Shown: positions 1 through 10,159, counted from the stretch's first letter. The stretch is DNA of 64,000 nt from Eledone cirrhosa (GCA_964016885.1 OZ024741.1:22320001-22384000), one strand, 5' to 3'. Program-made: numbers and translations. The notes: generated by a model not told the origin, from the letters alone.

Positions 1-14
1 TACATGGCTTTCAA

Positions 15-330
15 ATAATAAAATAATGAAAATTATTGTGTCAGTGCTCAGGTGCACTACAACTCATCAAAGGTGCATGTATAGTACATAGAATAATATA
101 CAAATATTAGTGTGTATGTGTTTGTGCCTGTCCACTATCTACTAAAGATCAGAGGTAAACAGATTGTGAAAGAGGAAAGAGACATGTAGTTAACATGTGT
201 GTGTATCTGTATCATAACACATACACTTCCCTGACATTTGTACATTATTCAATGTACTATACATGCACCTTTGATGAGTTGTAGTGCACCTGAGCACTAT
301 ACTCAATCATTTTCATTATTATTATTTTAA
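15..330. repeat. Two inverted copies of a CR1-like LINE 3' end (arms about 15-106 and 235-328)
   Basis: cagtgctcaggtgcactacaactcatcaaaggtgcatgtatagtacat at about 42-90, its reverse complement at about 252-298, and a third copy at about 2330-2380. Confidence 0.85.
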
Positions 331-517
331 ATGAAAGATAGAAAGAGATATAAAAAACAGAAGTTCCAATATGGAGGGAGTTGTAGCAGCCAATCAGCTT
401 CATGTATTTCTAATCTATTATTTATCTGTTTTTTTTTGTTGTTGTTGATGATATTAGCCTCTTTGATTCTTTCCATTTGGATGATCTAATATAAAACTAT
501 AGATACATAATACTTAC

Positions 518-642
518 ATGTCCAGTAGCTTTTGAGGCTCCAAATATACGTGCTCTGATTAAACCTTCACGTTTTCTTGTTCTGAAAACTTTCACCATGG
601 GGAAAGGATTGGTCAACTCCTCTTTTAAGTCTGTTAGATCAG
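518..642 (-). CDS. GALNT11: GALNT exon (125 bp); the gene continues to the left of the window
   Basis: ttttgttattgcAG|CT...CAT|GTAAGT. Encodes (S)DLTDLKEELTNPFPMVKVFRTRKREGLIRARIFGASKATGH, with the canonical GalNAc-T REGLIRAR..GA..A.G motif. Phase 1 in, phase 0 out. Not in the ORF track. Confidence 0.95.
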
Positions 643-879
643 CTGCAATAACAAAAAAAATAAATAAATATATTATATATATGTGTGTGTGTGTGACAGC
701 TCACACCTATCCAGTCCCTTATAGATGATAGCTAGATTCTTTTCTTGTAAAAGTAAATTAGGAAAGATCTAATTAATACATTAAATATTTTCAGTTAAAA
801 ATTAGTTAATACCAACATCATTATTGTTGATTTGTATATTTTTAAACTGAAATACAAAAAAATGAAAGACACAAACAGA

Positions 880-1305
880 AAATATCCAGGAAGACTTGGG
901 ATGAGGTGATAAATGCTGACCTTGCACGTACCTCTTGAAGGCGATACAGGACTAAGATCTCTGGCATTATGCAGTGATATAGAAGATCTGCCTTTCCATG
1001 AGCACAGGTTGAAGCATACATCTAGTATGCACCACCTTCCTCTCCATCTCCATTCCAAACACCTCCCACCCTTGTCCTAACACTTCACCCACGTTCTATC
1101 ACTCTGCCCCTCAAACAAGTCCCTAGATTTATCTCCCCATCCCCACACACCTGCCCTACCCACACAGTAAAGTGGTCATGAAGGTGACACAACAAAAAGC
1201 ACCCAGCCCACACCGTAAAGTGGTCATGTAGGTGACACAACAATAACCACCCAGCCCACACCGTAAAGTGGTCATGTAGGTGACACAACAAAAAGCACCC
1301 AGCAC
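880..1305 (+). mobile_element. Degenerate RTE LINE 3' end with three 48-bp 3'UTR repeats
   Basis: gacttgggatgaggtgataaatgctgaccttg...tgaagcata aligns to the reverse complement of 15970-16105. Followed by 3 copies of cacagtaaagtggtcatgtaggtgacacaacaaaaagcacccagcc (about 1160-1305). Confidence 0.8.
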
Positions 1306-1540
1306 AATAAAATCCTAAAATACCGGGAACTACGAAACAACTATTTTTTCCAGCCTGTGCTGTTCCAAATGGTGGAGCTGGGCCACTGACCGAAAGTTCT
1401 TGTCATTGTTTGCAGCTCACCTTACCAAGGTGTCAGGTGATTCCCATGAATGTACTATGTTGTATCAGCGCCTTAGCCCCGCCATCATGCACAGTAATGC
1501 TCCGAGCATATTGGTTTGCATCAAAAATTTCCGTTGACCC
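1306..1540 (+). mobile_element. Degenerate restriction-like-endonuclease (CRE-like) non-LTR retrotransposon C-terminus
   Basis: Frameshifted translation KILKYRELRNNYFFQPV...GPLT...VSGDSHECTMLYQRLSPAIMHSNAPSILVC parallels the 3380-3830 fragment (KSLKY..YIFQPV..GPLT..VTGESRE..LFQRISLAITRGNA). Confidence 0.7.
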
Positions 1541-1819
1541 TTGTGCTGAATTAATGGTGGTGAATTAATGGTTGTTTTTGTTTGTTTTCTTTCCTTTTTT
1601 TTTCTCTCGCTTTGATCATATTATATATTTTTGTTCATTATATTTGTAAGGTTCCTAAATTAATTGTATTTATTATATGTGTTTATATCTATGCTTATAT
1701 TTTCATTCTGTAAGAACTATAAACAATTTGTAATGTACAATCATATATGTATATCGCTGCGGTTATCTCCCTTTACATGCATGTGAAAAATGTCAAACGA
1801 CAAAAAGAAACTTGCTTAC

Positions 1820-1986
1820 ATAGATCGCTGAAGTCATCAACAAGAATTATTTCATGGATCATTTCTGAAGGAGATCTTTTAACGACAGAGTTAATTGACC
1901 GAAATAAAGTTGACCGTGCTTCATTATAGAAACACATAACTACACTTGCTTTAAGTGGCACCTGTAATTGATATTCCTTTGGACAC
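1820..1986 (-). CDS. GALNT11: GALNT exon (167 bp), start of the GT-A catalytic domain
   Basis: ttttatgtttcAG|G...CTA T|GTAAGC. Encodes [61 protein letters not shown] rather than FHNEA is typical of the GALNT11/35A branch. Phase 2 in, phase 1 out. Confidence 0.95.
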
Positions 1987-2299
1987 CTGAAACATAAAAG
2001 ATGCAAGAAAAACAAATCAACATTTAAATTAAACCATTATAGTGAAAGATGGGGAGAGTGGGAGAGACAAATGCAGTGAGAGTTTGGTTCCTTTGTGTTC
2101 GGACCTGGTGTATATGTTGCACGGACACACACTCACACTGAGGCAGTGTAGTTAATTATTTGTAGCAAGCAATGGCACTTTAGCAAAAAAATAATATTAT
2201 GCCATGTTGAATCTGCGTGTTGTAGATGATAGTAGACGAGGTATTGGAGTATCAATAAATGTAGTTGTTAGGCTATTTGTTGTGGCTAGAAATGTAACG

Positions 2300-2600
2300 T
2301 ATATTATAATAATAATGAAATCATTGTGTACAGTGCTCAGGTGCACTACAACTCATCAAAGGTGCATGTATAGTACATAGAATAATATACAAATGTCAGG
2401 GAAGTAAATAGTGTATGAGTCATGATATACATGTGTGCGTGTGTATGGAGGGGGAATATTAGGTGTAGTGTTGGCAAATCTCAGGAAGCATGGAGGTTTT
2501 AAAGGATGCAGTGTCTCGATAGCTACAAACTGATGCAGGGAGTTTGTTCCATGCTTCAGCAACTCTGAGCGGGAAAATATGTGTGAGAGAAGTGTGCTTT
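2300..2600 (-). mobile_element. CR1-like LINE 3' fragment (ORF2 C-terminus, 3'UTR, ATT-rich tail)
   Basis: Minus-strand HIFPLRVAEAWNKLPASVCSYRDTASFKTSM matches the CR1/L2 ORF2 terminal 'FF..RV...WN.LP..V.......FK..L' motif. The 3'UTR is shared with 15-330. Confidence 0.75.
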
Positions 2601-3379
2601 GCGCCTTTTTTTCAGTTCTACCTACCAGTTGCGGTTTTTCACTTCGTCGACATCTGACCTCACAAATTACGTTCCCGGTCAATATCTAGCAAAATGTAGC
2701 ACTTACCAAAAAACTTTGGCCCTCTCGGAAAGGGCCTAGCCACATTCTTCCTACCTAAATATATTTTACACACATTGTTATCATGCCTTTCTGCTACCAA
2801 TATTTGATACAACATGTAAAGACTTATTACTAAAGTAGTTATCTCCCAAATTATTACTGAGCAGAACAACATAACTACATTTTGGATTTTCTAAGGAGAA
2901 GCACATTGTTTCCGTTCAACTTAATTATGTGGAATACTTGCAGCTTTTCACTCTTTTAGTGCTTGTATTAATTTGTTTGGAAGAAAATAAACTTTTGTTA
3001 TATTTTAACGTGTGCTTTCTGATTTGATCCTTTTCCTCACCATGAAACTCTAAACATGCAGCCTACCAATTTATATCTTACTTAAGGATATTCTCTGCCA
3101 TCAATATAGAGTGCAACATTCCATGGACAATATCAGTATACAACCAAATATAATAATTTCTAAATAAATTTACAGTAGAATAACATAACAAATATGTTTT
3201 AAATATATACATAAATAACATTACAAATGCTTAGATAACATTATAAATTGCTCGCGATTCTTTCAGAAAGATATATTCTTATAACGTTGCAATATTAAAG
3301 AAAATATAAAGGAAGGGGTGAACAACCGAACCAACACCAGAGCAAAAGACAGCAGTGTCGCAAGGAGTACCGGACAACC

Positions 3380-3830
3380 TCTCTAATGATTTTCGAGGCA
3401 AGCCAGCACACTCGCAGCGTTGCCTCGGGTGATGGCGAGGCTAATGCGCTGGAACAACTAAGCGCCCTCGCGAGATTCGCCAGTTACCTCTATTATGTGA
3501 GCCACCAGTGAAGAGAAGAAGCTCGCAGTCAGCGGCCCAACTCCCCCAAACGTCTCGAAAGCCACAGGCTGAAAAATGTAGCTGGCCGACAGATCAGAGT
3601 ATTTGAGAGACTTACTCCGCTCGGCTGCGGAAGCTGTGGCTCTCGTCCTATCCGCAGCATCCAGGATGTGGGAAAGAGCAAAAGAGTCACTAACAGTGAC
3701 GTCCCAGACAAGGCACTTGCCTCTTGACCAGGGGAACAGGGTAAGGCCGTCAGGTCTTTTGCCGTCACTTCTGGACAACCCAGATGATTCTAAGATTGAG
3801 GGAATGTTCGCCCGGGCCAAAGCTCTCCTG
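3380..3830 (-). mobile_element. CRE-like (RLE-type) non-LTR retrotransposon fragment, restriction-like endonuclease domain, pseudogenised
   Basis: GLSRSDGKRPDGLTLFPWSRGKCLVWDVTVSD...KSLKY...FQPVAFETFGGVG (PD-(D/E)xK-type RLE signature). In-frame stop at 3458-3460, after which LFQRISLAITRGNAASVLA continues. Confidence 0.85.
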
Positions 3831-4139
3831 AGCTAAATATTTTTAAATTTATATTTCTGAACTTTTATAGACAGCCTTCTCTTCTTCCTGTATGTATATA
3901 TGAAAATATTTTTGTTATATTGTTGATTTTTTATGACTAATCCAAGTACTCTCGTCTCAAATAATCGTCCAACCCCCACCACACCTGTTATACACACACT
4001 CATCCTCATCACTCAGTTCAGAATTATTTTCACTTTCAGAATTACTCTCATTACCGTATTTATTACCATGTTCACCTGTGTGAAAGAGCTGTCCTTGGTC
4101 CTGGAAATGTGATGGTTTCCCTATGATAGCTAGTCAGTG

Positions 4140-4192
4140 ACGTCATCACCATCATCCATGTTTAACGTCCATATTTCCACACTGGCATGGAT
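4140..4192 (-). mobile_element. Short RTE/SINE 3' tail remnant
   Basis: catcaccatcatccatgtttaacgtccatatttccacactggcatgg resembles the LINE tail at 15674-15726 and 7526-7580. Confidence 0.6.
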
Positions 4193-4383
4193 CAAGTATC
4201 CAACTGAATTCCTTAATTCTCTAAATCCTTCTGGAATGCCATTACATGAATTAGAACTCTAGTTGAGACCCCCCCCCCCCCCCACGATGCTTTTAATTAA
4301 TCTAGATCCACCAGACGTATGCCATAGAACAAGATTAGTAATAAAAGATGTTTCATAACTTTATCGAAACAACCACTATCACT

Positions 4384-4482
4384 AGTTGTCTTCTTCTTCT
4401 TGCTCGATGAGGCTGGGGTCATCCTGAGCCAGTGATCCCAGAAGCATCATCATGCGTAGAGCCAACCAGGTCCACCAGTTGT
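4384..4482 (-). mobile_element. About 90-bp retroposed insert with an (AAG)n tail and AGTTGT target-site duplication, inside the Helitron relic
   Basis: agttgt-cttcttcttctt...ccacc-agttgt; helicase homology resumes after the second AGTTGT. Confidence 0.6.
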
Positions 4483-4602
4483 GCGAAAGAAAAAACTTTT
4501 TATGTTTCCATACCACGGATTCCAATTGAACATCAGATCTTCCTTTTGAATTCAAAAGGTTTCACTTCCATATCAGACTAAGCTTTGCAATGTTAACAAG
4601 CC

Positions 4603-4842
4603 TTAACCATTTAGTTACCAGCCTGGCCAAAACTAGCTCTGGTTCTATGAAATAAAATCACCCATTTTAAAGGTTTCCAATTTAAATTAAAATATTCCAT
4701 CATAATTTTATATAGGAACCTTACATTAACTTACTATCTTAGTAACAAAATAATTAATAATTCAAGTAAATCTCTTAAAATTCTTCATTAATTAATTAAA
4801 ATAGTGTGTATTTCATTAGAAATGCAGTCATGAAGGGATTAA
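4603..4842. mobile_element. Non-autonomous piggyBac-type MITE (about 232 bp) with TTAA target-site duplication
   Basis: TTAA at 4603-4606 and 4839-4842. Degenerate TIRs: CCATTTAGTTACC on the left and TCCCTTCATGACT (reverse complement) on the right. Removing the element and one TTAA restores helicase motif spacing: aac aag cct taa aga aaa tat ttg aag gtt aligns to N-K-S-Q-G-Q-x-L-K-V. Confidence 0.8.
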
Positions 4843-5419
4843 AGAAAATATTTGAAGGTTGCTTGGCTTAATCTTGCATTGGTTTGCTTTTCACATATTA
4901 TCATCGTCACCACTCACTTGAGAATTATTTCCAGAATCACTATCATGACTGTAATTATCGCCATGTTCACATTTATCAGACAATAATATTTGGGTTATGT
5001 CCTGATCAGCTGATAGTATTCTCTCGGCCATTTTTGGTGATTTAGATTCACAGAAAAATCCATGCAAATATACAGACATACTTGTTGTGAACATATGAAC
5101 AGTAGGTCATATGAAACAAGGTAGATTGCTAGGTGATTGGTTTATTAACTGGGACACTTAACAGCCCCCACAAAAAAAATCACATTGTAGACATTAATAT
5201 AGTTATTACCATAGAGGTAAAATCAATTTAAAACTAAAGGTTATACCAGGTACATAAAAATCAATTTAAAACTATAGGTTATACCAAGTAGATAAAAATA
5301 AATTTTAAAGGAAATTGTAAGCAATATTAACTATAATAAAGAAAGGAGTGCGGGACTGCATCCAGAATATATATTTTTTATCCCGTTTGTAAAATAAGTT
5401 GGATTACTTTGAATAAATA

Positions 5420-6325
5420 ATAAATGGAAAAAATGAAATTTCATTTCTCACTCTTAGTACGGCTGATACTTAAATATAAGTATGTATACGTACATACATA
5501 TATGTATACAGACGTACAGTAGTATGTATATACATACATACATGCACACATATATATATGTACGTATGGATTTACCAAACATTTATTATAATGCTCGGTT
5601 TGTTTGTAAACAAACAGCCCAGATTAAGTCGCAGTGTTCGGCAACCATCGTTGCCCTTTTGTTCAACACTGACAAAGGAACGATGAACTAGTTTCTAGCT
5701 TATTAGCTGTCATCAGCACTGTATACCTTCCTGTCAGTCGATTGAACGTTTGAAAGTATATACTTTCCTTATGCATATTAAAGGCTGAGCAGTCTAATTT
5801 GCATATCGAGTGAGTTAGTCAGCCGGGCGTACCGAAAACGATAAATGGAAAAAATGAAATTTCATTTCTCACTCTTAGTACGGCTGATACTTAAATATAA
5901 GTATGTATACGTACATATGGAGGCACATGGCTTAGTGGTTAGGGCATTGGCCTTTCAATCGAAAGGTTGTGAGTTCAATTCTCAGACCAGGTGATGTGTT
6001 GTTTCCTTGAGCAAGACACTTTATTTCACATTGCTCCAGTTTACTCAGCTGTAGAAATGAGATGATAGGGACTGGGGTCCCTATCATTCCACTGCAAAGT
6101 GGTCGTGGAGGTGCCACGGCAAAAAAGCACCCAGTACTCACTGTAAATGAGGTTGGTGTTAGGAAGGGCATCCAGCTGTAGAAATCAAGCCAGCATCAGT
6201 TCTTGTCCCATCCTTGCAAGCAGGGAAAAAGCGGACGTAAAATGATGATGACTGACTGACATACATATATGTATACAGACATACAGTAGTATGTATATAC
6301 ATACATACATGCACACATATATATA
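5420..6325 (+). repeat. About 140-bp direct duplication (5420-5558, and 5841-5917 plus 6259-6325); the second copy is split by a SINE
   Basis: ataaatggaaaaaatgaaatttcatttctcactcttagtacggctgatacttaaatataagtatgtatacgtacata is identical at both sites. The continuation catacatatatgtatacagac.tacagtagtatg resumes after the SINE. Confidence 0.9.
5918..6258 (+). mobile_element. Full-length tRNA-derived SINE with CORE-like centre and RTE-derived 3' tail
   Basis: A box tggcttagtgg and B box gagttcaattc. Central ccttgagcaagacacttt. The 3' part aaaagcacccagtactcactgtaaatgaggttggtgttaggaagggcatccagctgtagaaatcaagccag is nearly identical to the RTE 3'UTR (reverse complement of about 15797-15868). (TGA)n tail. 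Confidence 0.88.
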
Positions 6326-6549
6326 CATACTACTGTACGTCTGTATATATATATGTATGACGTATACATACGAATATTGCATAATTTATCTACTAAATTT
6401 CGTTATTCTTGATTAAATATATTTTATTGCTTATTTAAAGATTCACTTCTTTAAAAGTTTCAAATGTCAACACTTCCAGTTAGCGATTGCTTAAATAAAC
6501 ATTCATATATTTCCATCATTAATTTTTCCCTAATGCAGTTTATATATAA

Positions 6550-7148
6550 CTAGCAGCTGAGCCCGGTTGCACCCGGGGCCACTTTTTATTAAGTTAATAA
6601 TTTGAAAAATATTGAAAGTTTATTATAAAGAAGCAGTTTCAGGGAAAAAAATAGAAATATGCACTTGGGGCTGGACAGCGTTCAATGAGAAGTGGAGCGA
6701 CGTGAAAAGCGTTGTTTATTAACAGCGAAATAGCAATGTCGATGATATGCAAGTTTAAAAATGCATATTATGAAGGTTTGTATGATAGTTTACACTTTTT
6801 CCTGAAACTGCTTCTTTATAATAAACTTTCAATAATATTTTTCAAATTATTGGTACTGTATGTTAACAAGAACGTTGATGAGTTTAAAATTTGTATGAAA
6901 TTGTAAATAACTCAAGCCAAGTATTAGAACAGGGGGAAATAACTCACCGAATGCGATAGTAAATAGACCGTTTGGGGGCCCTAGGGACCACATTTTTCAA
7001 GTTAGAGATTTGAAACCTCGTCTATTTGCTTCCTTGGCACTTTTTACATAGGTGTGTAAATTTTCATGTCCGTCCGACCACGTCTACTACCATTTAACTG
7101 TGCACATCTGAATTTCAACCACCACCCATTCCACAAATATATATTAGA
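6550..7148 (-). mobile_element. Non-autonomous Helitron
   Basis: Minus strand starts A|TCTAATATATAT and ends with hairpin CCCGGGTGCAACCGGG followed by CTAG|T. These are the canonical Helitron 5'-TC/CTAG-3' ends and AT target. Confidence 0.8.
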
Positions 7149-7396
7149 TATCGTCTTTTTTTAATGTATCATGGATTACGTTACTGATTACATAAGACAG
7201 TGCAACACAGTCTCTCTTCAATTTCTGTGGATATTGTCAATTACGATGTTATTTAATGTATCATATCTACATGCATATATATTTGTGTATAATATCAATA
7301 TGTACACTACACATGCTAGCAGAAAACCACATGAAGAGTAGTTTTTCTGCTAGTAACATATAATTTTCAATATGAGAATAAGATGAAAATACTCAC

Positions 7397-7478
7397 CCAG
7401 GTGGCCGAGTGTCTGGAAGGTTTCTGAACAAACCGATTCGGTTACTTATTAGAGTGTTGAAGGCGTAGAGACGATAAC
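7397..7478 (-). CDS. GALNT11: GALNT exon (82 bp)
   Basis: ctcattttAG|GT TAT...CCT GG|GTGAGT. Encodes (G)YRLYAFNTLISNRIGLFRNLPDTRPP(G), the conserved GalNAc-T 'FN..S..I...R.LPDTR' motif. Phase 1 in, phase 2 out. Not in the ORF track. Confidence 0.92.
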
Positions 7479-7525
7479 CTAAAATGAGATTTAAAAAAGT
7501 AGAATGATATATTTTGTTACAAGAC

Positions 7526-8250
7526 CATCATCATCATCATCACCATTTAATGTCCATTTTTCCACACCAGCATGGGTTGGACAAATTGTCCTGTTGTGAG
7601 ACAAGCTAGGTCAGTTGACTGTGTCTTGTTCATATAGAATTGTTTCTGGCTTGGTTTCTACAGCTGGATGCCCTTCCTCATGCCAAACACATTTACAGTG
7701 TGGACTGGGTGCTTTTGTCATGACACCTACATGACCACTTCAGTGTGGACTGGGTGCTTTTTGTCATGACACCTACATGACCACTTCATAGTGTGGACTG
7801 GGTGCTTTTTGTCATGACACCTACGTGACCACTTTACAGTGTGGGCTGGGTGCTTTTTGTCATGACACCTACATGACCACTTCAGTGTGGACTGGGTGTT
7901 TTTTGTCATGACACCTACATGACCACTTTACAGTGTGGGCTGGGTGCTTTTTGTCATGACACCTACATGACCACTTTATAGTGTGGGCTGGGTGCTTTTT
8001 GTCATGACACCTACATGACCACTTTATAGTGTGGGCTGGGTGCTTTTTGTCATGACACCTACATAACCACTTTACTGTGTAGACTGGGTGCTTTTTGTCA
8101 TGACACCTGCATGACCACTTTACAGTGTAGACTGGGTGTTTTTTGTTATGACACCCACATGACCACTTTACAGTGTGGACTGGGTGTTTTTTGTCATGAC
8201 ACCTACATGACCACTTTACAGTGTGGACTGGGTGCTTTTTGTCATGGCGC
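7526..8250 (-). mobile_element. RTE 3'UTR copy with an expanded 48-bp minisatellite (about 11-12 units, about 7690-8250)
   Basis: (CAT)n tail and tttctacagctggatgcccttcc shared with the LINE at 15674+. Unit ATGACCACTTTACAGTGTGGACTGGGTGCTTTTTGTCATGACACCTAC. Confidence 0.88.
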
Positions 8251-8307
8251 CAACATAAATATTTACATGAGGGTGCAGGGAGAAATAAATAATACATATA
8301 AAAATTA

Positions 8308-8700
8308 AGAAGAAAGTACCCAATAAATATACAGAAAGATAGAGAAGGCGTTTGACAGAGTGCCATGATCTGTCATTTATTACTTGGTCGTCCTTAAGGA
8401 AATTAGGTGTAGAAGAATGGCTTGTGAGAACAGTCCAAGTCATGTTTGAAGGAGCTGTCAGTAAAATGAGAGTAGGAAATGAGTTTAACAAGGAATTCAA
8501 AGTACAAGTAGGAGTGCATCAGGGCTTTGTTCTCAGCCGACTGTTGTTGATTATAGTCCTTCAGGCCATAAGAGAGGAGTTTAAGACAGGTTGTCGATGG
8601 GAACGTCTATATGATTAAATAAATGTGGAGGAAAGTAGAGGAAGGGGAATACCAACAAAGAGAGGGGTAAAGATGAAAGAAGATGAAATGAAAGCTAAAA
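8308..8700 (+). mobile_element. Degenerate, internally deleted RTE reverse transcriptase fragment
   Basis: EKAFDRVP..WSSLRKLGVEEWLVRTVQVMFEGAVSKMRVGNEFNKEFKVQVGVHQGFVLSRLLLIIVLQAIREEFKTGCRWERLYD is collinear with the RT at 16930-17250. Confidence 0.9.
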
Positions 8701-8791
8701 ATATTGATTTATTATATTGATACAAGGCCTCAGAGGTGTACAGGAGGGGGAAGGTATATATTTAAGAATATGGTACAATATGACTAAAATC

Positions 8792-9004
8792 AATAATGGT
8801 TTCTGATTTAGGCACAAGGCCAACAATTTTGGGGGAGGGGAAAGTCTATTAAATCAACACAAGTGCATTACTGATACTTTATTTTATCAATCGTGAAAGG
8901 ATGAAAGTCAAAGTTGACCCTGGTAGGATTTGAACTCAGAACATAAAGGGCTGTAACTCTATGCCACAAAGCATGTTATTCGATACTTCCAATTCACCAC
9001 CTTA
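8792..9004 (-). mobile_element. tRNA-derived SINE (second family), copy 1
   Basis: Minus strand has a B box (gagttcaaatcc) followed by ctttcatcctt...gataaaataaagta. Paralogous to 9928-10125. Confidence 0.7.
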
Positions 9005-9911
9005 TCTATATATATAAAACTGTGGTTGTCTGTCTGTCTATCGATTTTTGGCACACATCTCCTCTTAGAATCTCTCACGGAATTGCACCGAAATTGCTAT
9101 ACTTGTACATTGAGCCCTAGCGAAGACATCGGAAAAAAAAAATTTCAAATTGACCCACCCTATGTGACAAAATCGAATATAATGTATCGATTTTTGAGCG
9201 TAAGTTATCAGTTATTTCCCTTTGTTCTGTTTACATTGAGCGTCTTACGTAAAAAATTACGCTGGCTTTCTCAGCGTTTAAAATGACATTAACACAATAC
9301 ACGAACAGTTGAACACTAAGCTTCCGTTTTGCTTCATTTCCATTTAAAAGCATTTTAAAACAATATTTTTACTTGAAAACAAGTCTATTTAAAGATTACG
9401 TAAAACAAGCAAATATTTCGTCGTTAGGCGTGCAGACAGACAGTCGTGCAGACAGACAGTCGTGCAGAGAGGTGATATACGCGTGCAGACAGACAGTCGT
9501 GCAGAGAGGTGATATAGGCGTGCAGACAGACAGTCGTGCAGAGAGGTGATATAGGCGTGCAGACAGACAGTCGTGCAGAGAGGTGATATAGGCGGGCAGA
9601 CAGACATAACTGATAATTTGGTTACGCTAATGTTTTTCTCTGCGTTGCAGTGTTTACATTTTCGATCTTTGTTAATAAATAACCAGTGCAGTTTCTATCC
9701 CCAGCATCCTCTTTTGTTATAACATTCGGGTTATCGTTATGTTTTCTTAACTTCATAAGGCATATTGTTGGTTGAGGGAATATTAATCAAAAACACCACA
9801 TGCAAGTCTGCACAGTAGACACTACAGTTTTTAAGCCAAGAAAGAAACTTAACATTGTAACTTTAACACAGCTACTGAGCGACCCCGAGCAACGCCGGGC
9901 TTTACTGCTAG
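9005..9911 (+). mobile_element. Non-autonomous Helitron with an internal 37-bp tandem repeat
   Basis: A|TCTATATATATAAAA at the 5' end; hairpin CCCGAGCAACGCCGGG then CTAG|T at the 3' end. About 4-5 copies of GCGTGCAGACAGACAGTCGTGCAGAGAGGTGATATAG at 9425-9606. The empty site is visible in the paralogous sequence at about 10113-10150. Confidence 0.9.
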
Positions 9912-9927
9912 TAATCAATAAAAGTGA

Positions 9928-10125
9928 ACTAATAATTGTTTCAACTTTTGGCACAAAGCCAGAAATTACCCCAGTGCATTACTGGTACTTTATTTTATCG
10001 ACCCCGTAAGGATGAAAGGCAAAGTTAACCTCGGAGGGATTTGAACTCAGAACGTAAAGGGCCATAACTCTATGCTGTAAAGCAGGGTGTCTGACGCTCT
10101 ACCGATACTGCAAATTCACCGCCTT
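9928..10125 (-). mobile_element. tRNA-derived SINE (second family), copy 2
   Basis: tggtactttattttatcgaccccgtaaggatgaaaggcaaagttaacctcggagggatttgaactcagaacgtaaag; B box on the minus strand; homologous to 8792-9004. Confidence 0.75.
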
Positions 10126-10159
10126 ATAATCAATAAAAGTGAACTAATAATAATACAAC

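Larger units (their letters stand above)
4195..4896 (+). pseudogene. Helitron Pif1-type helicase relic, split by two later insertions
   Basis: YPTEFLNSLNPSGMPLHELEL...MLLINLDPPDVCHRTRLVIK / IPRIPI..DLPFEFKRFHFHIRLSFAM.NK / LKVAWLNLALVCFSH corresponds to the Helitron RepHel C-terminal motifs (PIRLAFAMTINKSQGQ.L..AGL.L...CFSHGQ). Contains stops and frameshifts. Confidence 0.85.

Noticed and set aside
5918-5990. tRNA gene
   Set aside because: A and B boxes are present but there is no complete cloverleaf, and the sequence continues into a SINE body and LINE-derived tail.
7727-8366. HDKKHPVHTVKWSCRC-repeat ORFs
   Set aside because: Translation of the LINE 3'UTR minisatellite.
7526-8700. Twin-priming 5' inversion of a single RTE insertion
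   Set aside because: The opposite-strand pieces are separated by about 60 bp of unrelated sequence, the plus-strand piece has its own C-terminal remnant (about 8620-8700), and no TSD is visible. Two separate decayed copies is the simpler explanation.
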